64,000 nt of DNA from Entomortierella parvispora E1425. Taxonomy: Eukaryota; Fungi; Mortierellomycota. The notes under the pieces were generated by a model that was not told where the DNA came from, searched no databases, and saw only the letters and a program-made list of their open reading frames with translations. The DNA lies in NCBI GenBank assembly GCA_020891255.1, contig BQFW01000002.1, positions 2,852,001-2,916,000 of the forward strand, read 5' to 3'. The translations under genes were made by a program, and so were the position numbers. The stretch's first letter is position 1, and every line of letters starts with the position of its first letter. This document shows positions 11,303-24,971 of this stretch, one piece after another.

Positions 11303-13333
11303 ATGGACACAGCCTCTCCCAAGCCTTCGACAAAGCTGCGCTGGAGACCTTACTCCAGTGGGAATACAAAGTCCAAGAAGAACGGTAGTGATGAGATCAA
11401 TACCAGGGCCTTGGCTCACAGAGTCCGCACTTCAGCATACACGCCGAGCAAAGCCCATCGGCCAGCCGAGGTGCGGTTGCACTGGGAGGAGGGAGAGACG
11501 GTCGAGACGATGAGTCGAGGCGGTCTCCCTCATAACCAACCTCACCATCAGCCTGTTCCACGCCAACAAGAGAATAGCAGAGCCGAGATTGACTCGAGAC
11601 CTCGCTTCCCTGGCGCAACTACAGCAGCAACACCTTCACAGCAAAGAGCAGCCACCTCGCTCCCTTCACCACCTCGTTCAAAATCACCGACGCTGTTCCC
11701 TAGGCTGGACCTAGTGGGGGGCACATCCGATCTCGGGCACTACAAGGCCACGATCCCTGCACTGACGAGAGAGGACTTTTTGGACCATGGGATCGAACTG
11801 CCCTCCTTTGAAGCCAATCGGTCGTACAAGACGGCGCTGGACGCCCTTTTGCAGAACCATCGTCGCAATCAAGAGTTGGTCGCACAAGCCCCAGCACTAG
11901 CTCTCACCAGTGTGCCAGCGCCCATGTCCGTGGCCAGTCCACCCATCTCTTTAACCGATGCAAAGCAAACGCATACCCACTTTTCAGCAACACGACCAGA
12001 GCGGAAAATGTCTTCAGCCGAATTACTGGGGATTGTCAATATTGAAGAGTTGTTGGCGTCATGTGGATACACGGGGACAACGGACACAACCGCCAAGGAT
12101 TCAACGGGATCGACCAGTCTTGTGTCGCCGGCCATCTCGGACAGTCTGCAGCATCCGTCATTCAGCAAGGGCGATGGCGGCGTTGTTCGAGAGTCTATCT
12201 CGCCCATGGACATGACCGCGTCTTCGTTCGAAGCCATGCAGGCACAAGCACCAGCCTTGCTGGCTCAAAGCGACAGCCGATTTTTGTTACAGGAGCAACA
12301 GCAGCAACACCATGCTTTGGGACCGTCTCCAACGCTGTCGTCGATCAGTACTTCGTCTCGTGGGATTGGGTCTGACCAGACCGCATCACCATTTGGTTAC
12401 CGCTCACTTCATAATGACCCATTAATTAATGGCAACGACCCGTCGCCTTGGCCATCCCTGTTCCCGAACGCGGACGAAATTTCAACCGACTCTGCATTGC
12501 TTCCACCCAATTTCTCTATTTCGGACTCTGGCCGCCCCTCACCACTCTCACCGTTGGGACATGGCCTTGGCGACGATCTGGACCCTGACTGGAATTCGTA
12601 TTTGGATGATTCATCTCCTTTGTTCAGCACAGACGATGTCGATACTCTTATGTCGTCCTCAACCTTGCCACCTTTGACCCCGCCGTTGTTTGCCCCCACC
12701 CCGGCATCATCTGAGACTGGACTGGACACTCCAGAAGATACAATGATGGCCACGCCAAGAAAGGATTCCTGGAATTGGGCAGGCTCGCTCTTGAATCAGA
12801 ATGGAGCCAATGGTGGAAATGGTGGTGGTGGACTCATGAGTGGACGAGGATTCCCACAGAGCAGAGGAAGCGGCTCATTTGGAATGGGATCTGGAGGATT
12901 GATCCGGTCGTTCAATGGTCAGCAGAGATCTTCTTATCATACACAGGCATCAAGGGCACGAAGAATGCCGCCACCGCCACCACCCGCAGGTGTGCTCTCT
13001 CTGGAGGCAATTTCTGCTCTTCAGTCTCCACCATTGAAGATGGATATTGGTGAACACGAAGTAGACGAGGATAAACCAGAGAAGAGGTTGAAATCGACTC
13101 TGGAAACGTCGACCTCAGTGTCGGAACCTGCAGCGTCAGCCTCCAATAATACGAGTCAACAAGAGGTTAAAGCACAAAAGGTGGACATGGTGGCTCGGAT
13201 TGGCCGCGTTGGTAAGAGTGCCACAACAGCAACAGACAAGGAGAAAGAGGCCAATGGGCTAGAAGGGTTCAGTGGGCTGTTGTCGATGTTCAAGCGTCTC
13301 TGGCGTGGAGGTGGAACAGGCGACGAAAAGTAG
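11303..13333 (+). CDS. Hypothetical low-complexity Ser/Pro-rich protein, intronless
   Basis: Single open frame 11018-13333; first ATG at 11303. No domain recognised. Confidence 0.7.
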   Translation: MDTASPKPSTKLRWRPYSSGNTKSKKNGSDEINTRALAHRVRTSAYTPSKAHRPAEVRLHWEEGETVETMSRGGLPHNQPHHQPVPRQQENSRAEIDSRPRFPGATTAATPSQQRAATSLPSPPRSKSPTLFPRLDLVGGTSDLGHYKATIPALTREDFLDHGIELPSFEANRSYKTALDALLQNHRRNQELVAQAPALALTSVPAPMSVASPPISLTDAKQTHTHFSATRPERKMSSAELLGIVNIEELLASCGYTGTTDTTAKDSTGSTSLVSPAISDSLQHPSFSKGDGGVVRESISPMDMTASSFEAMQAQAPALLAQSDSRFLLQEQQQQHHALGPSPTLSSISTSSRGIGSDQTASPFGYRSLHNDPLINGNDPSPWPSLFPNADEISTDSALLPPNFSISDSGRPSPLSPLGHGLGDDLDPDWNSYLDDSSPLFSTDDVDTLMSSSTLPPLTPPLFAPTPASSETGLDTPEDTMMATPRKDSWNWAGSLLNQNGANGGNGGGGLMSGRGFPQSRGSGSFGMGSGGLIRSFNGQQRSSYHTQASRARRMPPPPPPAGVLSLEAISALQSPPLKMDIGEHEVDEDKPEKRLKSTLETSTSVSEPAASASNNTSQQEVKAQKVDMVARIGRVGKSATTATDKEKEANGLEGFSGLLSMFKRLWRGGGTGDEK

Positions 13334-13878
13334 CGTAGTGCGGTTTTTTAGACCCAATAAACTCGCCGACTGTACTGTAGAACAAAAAATGTGCACGGCA
13401 TGGCTGCGGCAAGAAAAGAGCGAAGAGCAGCGAGGCTGTGCTGGCCGAGCCCTTCTTTCGTCTCGTCCCCCATGGACATGAAAGTGCAAACTGGGACAGG
13501 CGCACCAGAGGCAGGGTGAATTGCGGCACAGCAGCCGGAGAGGGAGACGGAAGGAAAGTGCGATGGAGGGATGCGGCACCGCCCTGTCCGCCCTGTTCCC
13601 CCCCTGCTGGGTTGCTTGATGGGCTTTGCCATTATTTCTGTGCACCCGCGCATGCCCCTCTTTCTGTTCGCTTTTTTTTTTTTTTTTTTTTTTTTCTTTT
13701 CTTTTCTTTCTGTTGCATCCTTCGCCCATGACGAGCTCATCTGTCTGATTCTTGCTCCCTTCCCTTTCCTTTCCTTCCCTTGCCCTTTCCCGCTCCGTTA
13801 CCTTCTCTCCTTTTCCACTTTCCATCCTCCTTCCCTTCTATCTCGTCATTGGCCCCACAGCTCGCATTCTTATTCACC

Positions 13879-15916
13879 ATGACTAGGCCTAGTCAGGTCC
13901 GTGCCTGAATGTGATCCCAGACATTGTCTCGTCTCATTCGAGTTGATCAGCTCCGGACTGACGCCATTTGCCTCTTCATTCCACCCCCGCTGTAGATCAT
14001 TGATGGCGCATGGCCACTCGCAACCTTCGTCATTGTGGCCCTGGAGACAGTCGCCATTCTCGTTCTCGAGTCACTCGTGCTGCGAGAACACATTAACACG
14101 TAAAGACAGCTGGACACAGAAGGCCGCCTGGTGCGGGGATTCATCCTGTTCTAACGACCGCTTCTTCTTGTTCTTAAACCCATCCTCTATCGGTTGGACC
14201 GTAGTATCCAGCAAGCCGCTACTGGCAACGCGCTTAGGTAATTGATCTTGCTTGACAAAGCTCGTCGTGGTCAAAGACCGAATATGTGCTGTCGCGTCCT
14301 AACAAGGTACCATTTGCTTTCCGTCTTGAACTGGATGCAGTACCCCCAATGTCATATACCCGATTCTCTATATCCTAGGCATTGTCTGCCTGTTTACACT
14401 CTGCGTCGACGCCATGTATCATCGGAACCAGATCCAGGTCGTTGCATTTACGCTCTTTAACTTTCTCTGCTTCACCTGTAAGTCATTCATTTCTTGTTTT
14501 TCTTTTCTTGGTCCATGTGCCTGCCTCCCCCCTCCGACGCACTGGCGGAGGAACCTTCATCCCCACAATTCGAGCTCAAAAATAGAAAATATGTTTTTTT
14601 GACCCCCCCCTCTCAAAAACTGATTCGCGACATACTACGTTCCTTTCTCCTTTTGTGTCATCCATTTAGATGGAATCATCCAGACCGTGTACGACTGGAA
14701 GGCCATAGGCTCAGGCATGACTTTGAAGGCGTTTGATATTGCAATCACAGCGACCATGGGCGTGTGTTCCATCTTTTTGGTCTTTGCAGCATGGAAACTG
14801 GCCGCGGTCTATGGATGGGAGATGTACCGCTTTCTCGGCGCGTAAGTTTCATGGTCGTCATAGATCGCGAGAGAACACATACAAAAAATGGAGACTAACT
14901 GATGTTTAACTTGTTTCTTATCTTGTTTAGAGATGTAGACATGCGACGTAAGTGCGGATTTTTACGACAAGGGTGTACTTGGTGGTTGCTATGAGAGGTC
15001 TAACCCTTGTATGACTTGGGCCTATAGGAATGCACAAGGGATATGAGATTCTGATCACTCTCTTGAAGTTTGACATCTTTTTCTTTATTGCGTTCGCCAT
15101 TCAACTTTTCACGCTGGTGGACAGCACGGACAGGACCATCATTGCAACATTTGCAGACGGCAGGACATTTTCACGTCAGCAGCTCCTTATCGGCTTGTCG
15201 ATCCCAGCTGCTGTCATCCTCCTTGGACTCTCCTTCTATGGCGTGATGAAAGAAAACAGAATCGTGACCCTTTTCGTCCTAGTGTGTTTGGTAGCAACAG
15301 AGCCCTACTTTGTCTACCAGCTGGTCTATATCCATCTCCCCGCCAACACACCTCGCTTCATTAGCTCGCTCAAGTACTTGACATTCTTTAGTAAGTGCTG
15401 ACACCAAACCACCCCGCGTCACCTACGGGACTTTCACTGCCAGGGCATGCTTGCATGGCACTAACGAACCTACCGCTTTCTTTGTCCTTTTTATGATCAC
15501 CGTCTCTAGTCGCTGTGACGATGGTGCTAGTCCTCATCACGGTGTTTTTCATGATTTACTGCTTCCGCAATTTTGGAAAGGGTCTGCTACTCTCAAAAAA
15601 AGACAGGACTGGAGGCGCCAAGCGGCCGTTTGAGATTGACGAGGATCCCGAGGAGACTGTCCCCGCGATCCCCCTGGAGACCTCCTACTATGGCGATGAT
15701 GGCGCATCTCAACGCCTGATGGCCATTCCTGCGCTGAAGAAGATTCAAGAGACTTATCCAGACAGGAACAAAGGCGGAAGTAGCCACTCTGAAAAACACT
15801 CTTCACGTCAATCGCACGGCGCCAGCGTTGGGTCGACCGTCCCTGGCGCAGGGTCAAGTCCTCTGTCAGTGACAAGCGACCACACAGTTTATAATGACAA
15901 GATGGAGTTGGAGTAG
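13879..15916 (+). CDS. Multi-pass membrane protein, UPF0658 (fungal Golgi membrane protein)-like, multi-exon
   Basis: Spliced hydrophobic exons: CVDAMYHRNQIQVVAFTLFNF, AVYGWEMYRFLGA|DVDMR and RMHKGYEILITLLKFDIFFFIAFAIQLF. These resemble the family pattern as recalled. Stop at 15916; the start codon is tentative. Confidence 0.65.
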
Positions 15917-16329
15917 TCTTGTCTTCTATTCCGGCCTTTTTTTCATACCCCTTGTACCATCTATCCTTGCATAATCAAAATAATCAAAGTAAAAAAAAAA
16001 AAAAGCAACGTGGACAAAGCGCGTCATGCTACAAAAACGAGCCGAGGTTCTCTTTCCCTCTCTTTTCCTCTTTCCCTTTTCTTTTCTTCTCTTCTTCCTC
16101 TCAACTCTTCCACCTCCAGCTGCCAACCTCTTTCCTCGTTCCATTGCATTCACAATCATCCAACCCCACATTTTCCCCTCTGGCTCATTCAATTTGCCCT
16201 TGTGTCCCTTGTGTCCAAAACCGTCCCATTAGCACTGCGCCCACAAAGCACCCAACCTTGATTTCCCACACTCTCTGAATCCCTGGCTTTTCCCTGGCTT
16301 TTCCCTGTTCTTCGAACCCACGCACGGCC

Positions 16330-19300
16330 ATGTCTCCTTCGTTCTCACAGTTTCAGGAAGACTATGCCCTGAACCCAGATAAACGTGCTCAGCTCGTCCA
16401 AGGCACCACGCCCGGCACAGAAGAACACTACTTGTACCGCCTTCGCTTCCTGTCTCAACAACTGCAATCAGGAGAGGTTCCTTTAACGGCCCACTCGATC
16501 GAGGAAGCTCTCAAGATCATCCAGGATGCTGCAAAGTCAAACACGATCTCTGCAGATGGATCGCAGGTGCTCCGGCAGCTGAAGACCCAGATCGCTCTCT
16601 TGGCTTTCACAGTCAAGCCAGAGCTGTTGTTGAAGGAGCTGAACCATGGGCCAGTGGTCATTGCCAGCGCTAGAGCAGGAGCTACGGGTGGCTCTGGTGG
16701 CGAAGATGAAGGGTTGGAGATTGTCGAGGCAGGAGACGAATCATCAAGCCCAACAGTAACGTCGACGACATCCCCGCCATTGACTGGATTTGGCATCGAG
16801 AGCCTGTCTTCGACCCTGAATGAGGAACTGGTCAGCACCAAGGCTTTGACCGAGAAGCTGTTAAAGTCGTTCAAGACTGATTTCTATCAAACCACAGTGA
16901 CGAGCGACAACTGGCCCTACCTGTTGACTTTTCCCGAGATGGAGTCGATCATTGACCAGCTCGATACGACCCAACTGGAATCCTTGTTCCGAACAATGGA
17001 CGTGCAATACTCTCCCCGGAGTTTGGAAATCTTGGGCGGAGCAGACGCTAGTCAGTACGATCAGGTCATTGTCAAGATTGTGCTGCGATTGTATGAGGGT
17101 TCGAGGGTCTTCTTCTCGGATGCAATCTTGAAGGATCTTACAAGGGCTCAACTGGAGTCGATCCGCACCAAGAATCCTCAGGTGATGAACAATGAACCGT
17201 TCGTGGCTTTATTGGAGAAGAGGATCTTCCCTGCGTTGTTTGCGGAGAACAAGGAGGCCGCGTACAAAGACTGGTTGGACCGCATGGTTGAATTTGTGGA
17301 CACTCTGTCGATCAAGTTCAACCACCATAAGCTGTCAGTATACCTGCTGAGCCTTCAATACGACTTGAAAAAGGGAGCCAGCAAGGACAAGGACAAGTTT
17401 TTGAAGTATGCTGCTTGAAGCGAACTTCTAGATTCCTGGTTGATGCACCGTTTTATTCATTCTTCCATATTTTTGTCCTTCACTTAGATACCTGGCAATC
17501 CCAAGATACCTTGATTACTACAGCAACGACAGGCGCCAGGCAATCGATGCAGATTCGGTCGTGAGCTTTTTGTATAGCGATTCATTCAGCTTTTGGTCTG
17601 AAGTAAGTCGATGTCCATCGCTGAATCGACAGGTCAATCAAAAAGAAATGAGACTGCGCGAAAGAATGACACGTCATGCTCACGAAACTGTCATTTTTGT
17701 AGAGAGTGAAACCTGCGACAAGCGAACTGGATATTGAGGTCACCAACGAGTACTTGTCCGAGTTCATGCGCGAATCCAAATCCATTGCCGAATTCGAGTC
17801 CTATTTTTCGATTAGCTACCTGGAGCCTCTCTTGGCGCAGACCATGCTCATGTCCGGTGACAGTGACATCGCACGCTGGTGGGTGATGCGAAGTGGTTCT
17901 CTTCGAGATTCCTTTCGCGAAATTATTCCAGACAAAGCACGCCTTACTGACCACTGGCTTCCCCCCCCCCCCCTCTTTTCCATACCCATTAGGGCGGCAA
18001 TGTTGCACGAACGTGAGGGCCTTGCCAAAATATCAGAGAAGATCATTCTTGAATTTGGACGGGACAACAAATCAACCTACTTGCCTACCGACAATGTTGT
18101 TCTTAGCTTAAAGGTCAAGAACGTCAAGCGGGTCCTTGTCAGAGTGTTTGAAGTCAAGACTTTTGAATATCTTCAGGAACATGAGCACGCAGTGGTTGGA
18201 CTGGATCTGAACCTGGATGGCTTGACCCCTAACTGGGAACATCAGATTACGGTCAGCGAACCTCCGCTGGTGTTGACAAACGTCAAGATTGAACTTCAGG
18301 AATTGGCCAATAGGCGCGGTGCCTTTATTGTGGATGTGATCAGTAATGGAGAAAACTGTGCAGCCTACTTTACAAAGGTGAGGTGGAAAAGCAATCAAAT
18401 TCCCAGGCCAGGGATCATCCTTGACGCGAGACGAACGGGAGTAATATGGATCTGATTATGAAATGAAAAAATCTCCCTCATTTTATCGGAGTTGTGTTTG
18501 CTCGCCCTGGGGACTTTCTCTTCTTGGTTTCAGTTAATAGCACCACGTTTATTTTTACGATTGGATTGCTGACTATGACAACTCTCACGGTACACCCTTT
18601 CCCGTTCTAATAGGGATGTCTGGACTTTGTTGAGAGACAAAGCGTAGCTGGCCACGTGCTGACGATCATTGACGAAGACCGCAAAAAACTGACACACAAG
18701 ACCGGCGTCTGGCTGCAGGGACATTACTACTACGTAAGGGCTTTTTGGGCGGCTGACGAAGATGGCGAACCTTCACGCTCCTGAAGATGATGCTGACAAC
18801 CTGCTCGACTTTTTTGTTTTGTCTTGATAGCCTAACGGAGATGGCGATATCATTGTGCCATATGGCTCCTCGACCTCTTCCTCGAACAATGATATCTATC
18901 TGATCCACGATGGATTCTCGACGCGTCTGCCCTTCAACCATCGCAAGGAGAGCTACGCCCTTCGATTGGCTTGCCACATCGACAGCGAATCTCTTGTTTC
19001 CGGGGCTACCGCAAAGGTATGCAACCAAATATTGCCTACGCCCATACATGCATCTTGTCGCCATGAATGTGAACTAAAATTCAAGTATATTCCTGCAAAC
19101 AGATTCTTTTCAAACCCACTGTGCACATCTACGGAAACCCTGTCCTTTGTCCAGCGGGCCTTTTGGAACATGTTGTCTTGACCATTGAGTCCAACGACTT
19201 GAACGGCATCCTTACAACGACTACCGTGCCTGACTTCAAGATTCACGATGTGAACTGGTCCGAGTACAACTTCCAGGTGCCTGAGAATATGGCGGCACTG

Positions 19301-22300
19301 AAAGTCACCCTCGCGCTCAAGATCAAAGTGATCACGACAGGAAAATACCAGGACCTTGCAGATTCTCGAGAGTTTCAAACATCTAGGTAGGAGGGGAATC
19401 CGACTTGGAGAATTTCGACCGCTCTAAGGTTGTCGTTTTAACCGATATACCACTTTCCTTTGTATTTTTTATCATTCATTTCAGTCCGTTGACAGACCAA
19501 ACCGTCACTTTTCAATGCAACGGCCAATGTAGTACCGAACGTGTTCCAGGAGAAATTTTGACCCTTCTCAGAAACACGAGTCAGGGGTACAAGGTTCTAG
19601 TTCTCGGAAAGAATGGTAATGATAGATACCTTTGCAACATATGATCTGAAAATGCACCAGGACTTCTGCCTGTTGTTTTTAACAACTATCCTACGTTGAT
19701 GATAGGCGAGAAACGAACAAATGTCCCACTGGCATTCCAGGTTGAACATCCGTTGTGGAAGGACCACATCGGCTTCCATTTGAAGTCGGATGAAGCTGGA
19801 GAGGTGCATTTGGGTCGACTGGAGGATGCTAATGTGTTGTGCTGCAACACCACAAACCTGTCTTGGGAGCTTTCTGGAAGGGATCATCATGTGTACCCTC
19901 AAAAGATTCACAGCGTTGCTGGTGAGCCTGTTGTTTTACCACTGACAGGCAAGGACCTCGGGACCATTCGAAAAGTCTCTCTCTTTTCCCTCTCCGGAAG
20001 AACTGAGGATATTGGCCGAGACAGGTACAGTCCATATTCGCTACAGTTGTCAGTCAAACAAACAGTTTGTTAATCTTCTTTTTTTGTACTTGTCTCTGAA
20101 TGTCTCTAGCTGCGTTGTGGATGATTTGACTCACCACATCAAATTGGAAGATGGGGCACTGGTGATCCAAGGCCTCAAATCAGGAGTGTACCGCTTCAGG
20201 ATTGGGGACGATGTGAAACTCTGTATTCACGTTGCTAGTGCGAAAGCCACACAATCAAAGATCCCAGGACTGGAGAATTTCTTACTCGGAACCAACCCCA
20301 TGATGGAACTCATGGAAAGCGCGACTGCACCCCTTTATATGTCGACGCCTGTGTCCCACTCTGATAGCCGTCAAGTTGAGATTCAGCTTTACAATTGGAC
20401 ACCTGAGACCAGAGTCAACGTCATTGCCACGCGATTTGTACCTTATGGCCAAACATCCTTTGAGGAGCTGAGTGTGTTGGATCCTGAGAATCCATGGACT
20501 GCAGAGAAGGCAGAGTTGACAAACGCAGCTTTCAAATCAGGCAGAGTTCTTGGAGAAGAGTACCAGTACATTTTGAACCGTAAGGCGCAAACGAAGCATT
20601 GGGCTGGAAATCTGTTGACGAAACCGAGCGTACTGCTTGCACCTTGGGTAGGTCTTTTAAACAACCACGTCTTAGAAGACTTGCCTTCACCTTGACTAAT
20701 TCATTGTTCAATGCGCAAATACAGGCCGTTGCGGATACAACCATGGCAACACAGACCATGGAGGCAAGCAAGGAAGTCGATACCGTGATCACCAACGAAC
20801 TGGGCCGCATGAAAAAAAAATCCCTGGCCAGGAGAACCAATGGTGGGTCAGCTTACTATACCAGCATGCGCATGCTCTCCAACCTGGAATATTCGAACGC
20901 ACCACCACTGTTGAACTTTTTGGTGAAGTCCGCCTCGACATTGATCAATTTGGTCCCCGATCCCGACACGGGTTTGGTCAAGATCCCTTATTCGGCCCTG
21001 AAAGAGGGATCTTTCCTGGAAATTTTTGCATCTGACGAGCATCAAGCATCTCAGCAGTCCTTTACCGTTCTGGATCTTGCTGACAACCTCCACATGGAGA
21101 AAAAGGACTTGAGATTCAAGAGTTCTATGGATCCGAAAAAGCACTATATTGGCGAGCGGACAGGCGTCGATCTTGATCCTGCACAGTCGTTCTCAACCTC
21201 AGCCCCCTCCATCACGTTGCATTCCACCGCAGGATCTGCTTCAGAAGTCCGAGTGATTAATTCTGTTAGTCAGGTGTATGACTTGATGCTTACACTTTTG
21301 AAGGAAGAAAGGGACAAGGCCACTCTGCGAAAGTTTGGATTTATCGTGGATTGGAACCGATACTCGGATGAGACCAAGAAGGAAAAGTTCTCAAAGTGGT
21401 GCTGCCATGAACTTAATCTTTTCTTGCACAAGAAGGACAAGCCATTCTTCTTGGCCGTTGTCAGACCGTTTTTGAAGGTATGGATACCTTGTGGCTAGAA
21501 AGTAAAAGAGACAAAGGAAGTGGCTAATATGTCTCTGTTGTCTGTGTGTCTTTTTGGTTATGTAATAGAACAAAGTCCTAAAGTCCTTTATAGACGATTA
21601 CTTGACAGAGGCACCTCTGGAAAAGTACACTTCTCTCAAAGAGTTCAGTCTCTTGACTTGCTTGGAGAAGTGTCTGCTGGCAGAACGTGTCCCTTCAGTC
21701 AGATCAGCTGTTCGACAGTGGATCAAGGATAGAATCTGTGGTACCAAGGACGCCAGTGATGTCCAACTCTTCCAAACTGTGATGGGCTCGAACAAGATGG
21801 AAGAAGTTCCGAACGCAATCGATGAGTCCCAGATGATGCATTACACCATGCACCTCCAGTAAGCTGCCGATGATTAATTCCTATAGTACCTCTTAATTGA
21901 TAAGGCTCTCCGGAGTAAGGCATGAGACTGACCAAATAGCCTATCTTTACTCTTGTAGAAGTGCCGCGTCTGCTCCTCTTCCTGAAGAGGATGAAGAGTT
22001 TGTGTGTGTTTCTGAGGAGGACGCTCTTGTGGCTCCATCGTCACTCATGTCAGCCCCTACAGCTCGCCCCAGAGCACAACCTACTCTCGCCGCTTTGACT
22101 GACAGGACTACGGAATTAGAGGGCAAACGACTCAATCTGACTGAACTTCGTCGAGTCCGAGCTGACCGTGGAAGTGAAATGCGGGATCGGGAGCGGGTAG
22201 CGAAAGCGATGGAAAATCGGTTCAAGCCAGTGGACCTTACCAAGGAGATGGCCGAGACTTACTACTATGAACGCCAGGATGTCAGCCTGGTGGTAGGAAC

Positions 22301-24971
22301 TCAAAACAACCAACCCAATTCGTTCTGGCTGGATCTAGTTCAGTGGCAGGATACCCCTGAAAGTTTCTTCTTATCCCATGTAAGCACTTCTGTCGTTTTT
22401 ATAACTGCCTCTGTCAAGGAGAAAAGACATTGATCTGACCGGAATATCTAAACATCATGATCTTTTATCTACGACACTTGTTTTAGAACTTCATTGCCAA
22501 CGCTGGATCATTTACTGATGCTTTGGCTACTTTGGCCCTGTTGGATGTCACATTCAAACCCCAGGAGACATCTATGTCGCGATCTGCAGACCAGGCCCTC
22601 ATTATCTCATCTCGCTCCCCTGCAGTCATTTTCCATTCTTCAATCAAGGTATGCAACATTACATCTCGATCCAGACGGGGATCGGCCATCTTGGGTATAT
22701 ACGTTACGTTTTATTTATTCTCGCGTCTCGTTATATTCTATAGGAGCTTGCATCTGTTCCTCTTTCAGGCTCCGTTTTAGTGACCCAGCAGTACTACAGT
22801 GCGGATGAGAGGACTGAGTACGATGAAAAGCTGATGGCCACTGTTCGTCGCTACATCTCGGCCAAGTCAGAGTTCAGACCATTGGAATCCTATGGAGCCC
22901 ATGTGGTTGTAATGAGTAAGGAACATGTTCGAATTGCTCTTTCTCGCCACCTTGAGCGTATTCATCTTACCCACACGTATTTTGCGTTATAGATGCCAGC
23001 CCCAACCCAATGCGAGTCCATTTGGAGGTTCAGATCCCGCATGGATCCATCTCAGTCAATGGCAGCTTGAAGTCTGGACAGGATGTGCAACTCGGCCCTC
23101 ACAAGACATTCGAATATGAATATGGATTCTATTTCCCAGAACAAGGCGAGTTTGCTCATTATCCCGCGCACGTCTCCAATGACAAGGACATCATCGCATT
23201 CGCTGCACCCTCAGTCCTCAAAGTATGTGCTCCTCAACTGGATCAAAAGTCGACCGATACTACCAGTTGGACCCACATCTTGAAACGTGGTTCAGAGGAT
23301 GAGATCTTGACAAAGTTGAGCGCGAGCCCCGTGAGCAGTTTGCTTGTGGATCTTTTGGTGCCTCGCTTGAAGCGTCAGAAGCGGTTCTTGCACCAGGTCA
23401 CGTCGGTGTTGCGAAATCGCCAGGAATATGTGGATCAGGTTTGGCAGGAGAGTCTGTTGTCTTCAACGGATCCGCGTTCGGCGCTGGAGAATCTTGACTT
23501 GGTCCGGGAGTATCTGCAAAACCTGCAGATGCCCCCCGTTGCAGATTGGTTTACCTCCAAAGTGTTGACCTGCAGACCTCATTCACGACTGGACTACTCT
23601 TGGAGCACATCCTTCCAATATCTTGAGTACTTTCCTTTGATCAATGCCAGAGGTAAGAAAACGAAAGGGAAAAAAACAAAGACTGTTGTGCTATCCTAGG
23701 CGAGTTGCTGATATTTAAGGATTCCTTCTCTTTCTACAGCGCACAAAGCGACGCGCACATCAACCATTCTCAATGATCGATTCAAGACCCAATACGACCG
23801 CCTCTTGAAGCTGCTGAGTGAAAAGCCCCACCTGGAAGCGGACGATCTCCTCATCTTGATTATCTATCTTTTGGCCCAAGACCGGGTCTTGGAGGCCAAG
23901 GACAAGTTTGTTCAATTGACCTCCATTGTGTCTTTGAGCGCGCCAGAGACTAATCTTTTCAGACTCCAGTACGACTATCTCCGCGCCTATTTGAGTCTTT
24001 GTGTCGAGGTGCAAATCGACTCCTCGGCCTCAGAGTGGTCTCTGGACTTTGTTGGGGTTAAAAAAGTCTTGGAAAAGTATCAAGCCCACCCTATCGAGCG
24101 CTGGAACAAGATGTTCAAGGACATGCAGGAGTATGTCAACGAAATCCAGAAGAGTTTGACAGAGACTTCCAACACTGCCACCGAAACCCCCTCCGTGTCC
24201 CCAGAAAGCTCCTCCCCTGTTGAAGCGGATCAAGAGTTTGGAGCTGCCCTGGCAGCTGAAAATGAGGAAGAGTCTGGCTCTAATATGTCCTCCACGGCGG
24301 ATTTCAAGATTGGTAACAACAATATATTGCTTGTCCGCCACCGAGCCGTGAAGGAGGTGACAGTCGAGTACTATTCCATCGACGCCGAAACCATGTTCTC
24401 GGCTTCGCCCATGGTGTTCAGCGACCAAGGCGAGAACGAATCGGGTTCGGCCAGTGGTGATTCCGGAAGCAAAAGCGGCAGTGCCAGTTACAGACTCCTC
24501 AAGCCCAACGGCGTGGACTCGCATTTGGTCAAAAAGACAACCCATGCCGATAGTATCATGATGATCCCGATTTTGAGCCAGTACCTGAACTCGAACGTGA
24601 TGATCTCGATCAAGACCAGTCCACCGACACCACGCGTGTGGAGGGCCTATTACTCCCAGACGATCTTGGTGCAGTGCCTGGAACAGAGTGGTCTTTTGAA
24701 GGTTCTGTCCAAAATTGAAGGAAGACCTGTCCGGGGAAGCTATGTCAAGGTCTATGCAGAGTTGAAGAGCGGGGGCGAACCCGTGTTCTGGAAGGATGGC
24801 TACACGGATTTGGTTGGCCGATTTGCCTATGCCCAAGTCTCCACAGGGGCAGCAAGTGACTCTGGCTCTGGAAATGCAGCAGGACTCGGGGGCGTCAAGC
24901 GCTTTGCGGTGTTTGTGGATGCTGGACGCGAAGGCTGCACAGTCAAGACTTTGCCCGTGCCTCCTGTCTAA
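16330..24971 (+). CDS. Large (~2,300 aa) multi-exon protein of unknown function, possibly macroglobulin(MG)-domain-like in its C-terminal part
   Basis: Chain of long ORFs (16330-17418, 17706-18455, 18855-19181, 19121-19390, 19696-20073, 20012-20695, 20599-21498, 21897-22433, 23010-23699, 23805-24971) separated by GT-AG introns. Motifs FEYEYGFYFPEQGEFAHYPAHV and YVKVYAE...FWKDGYTDLVGRFAY. Confidence 0.75.
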
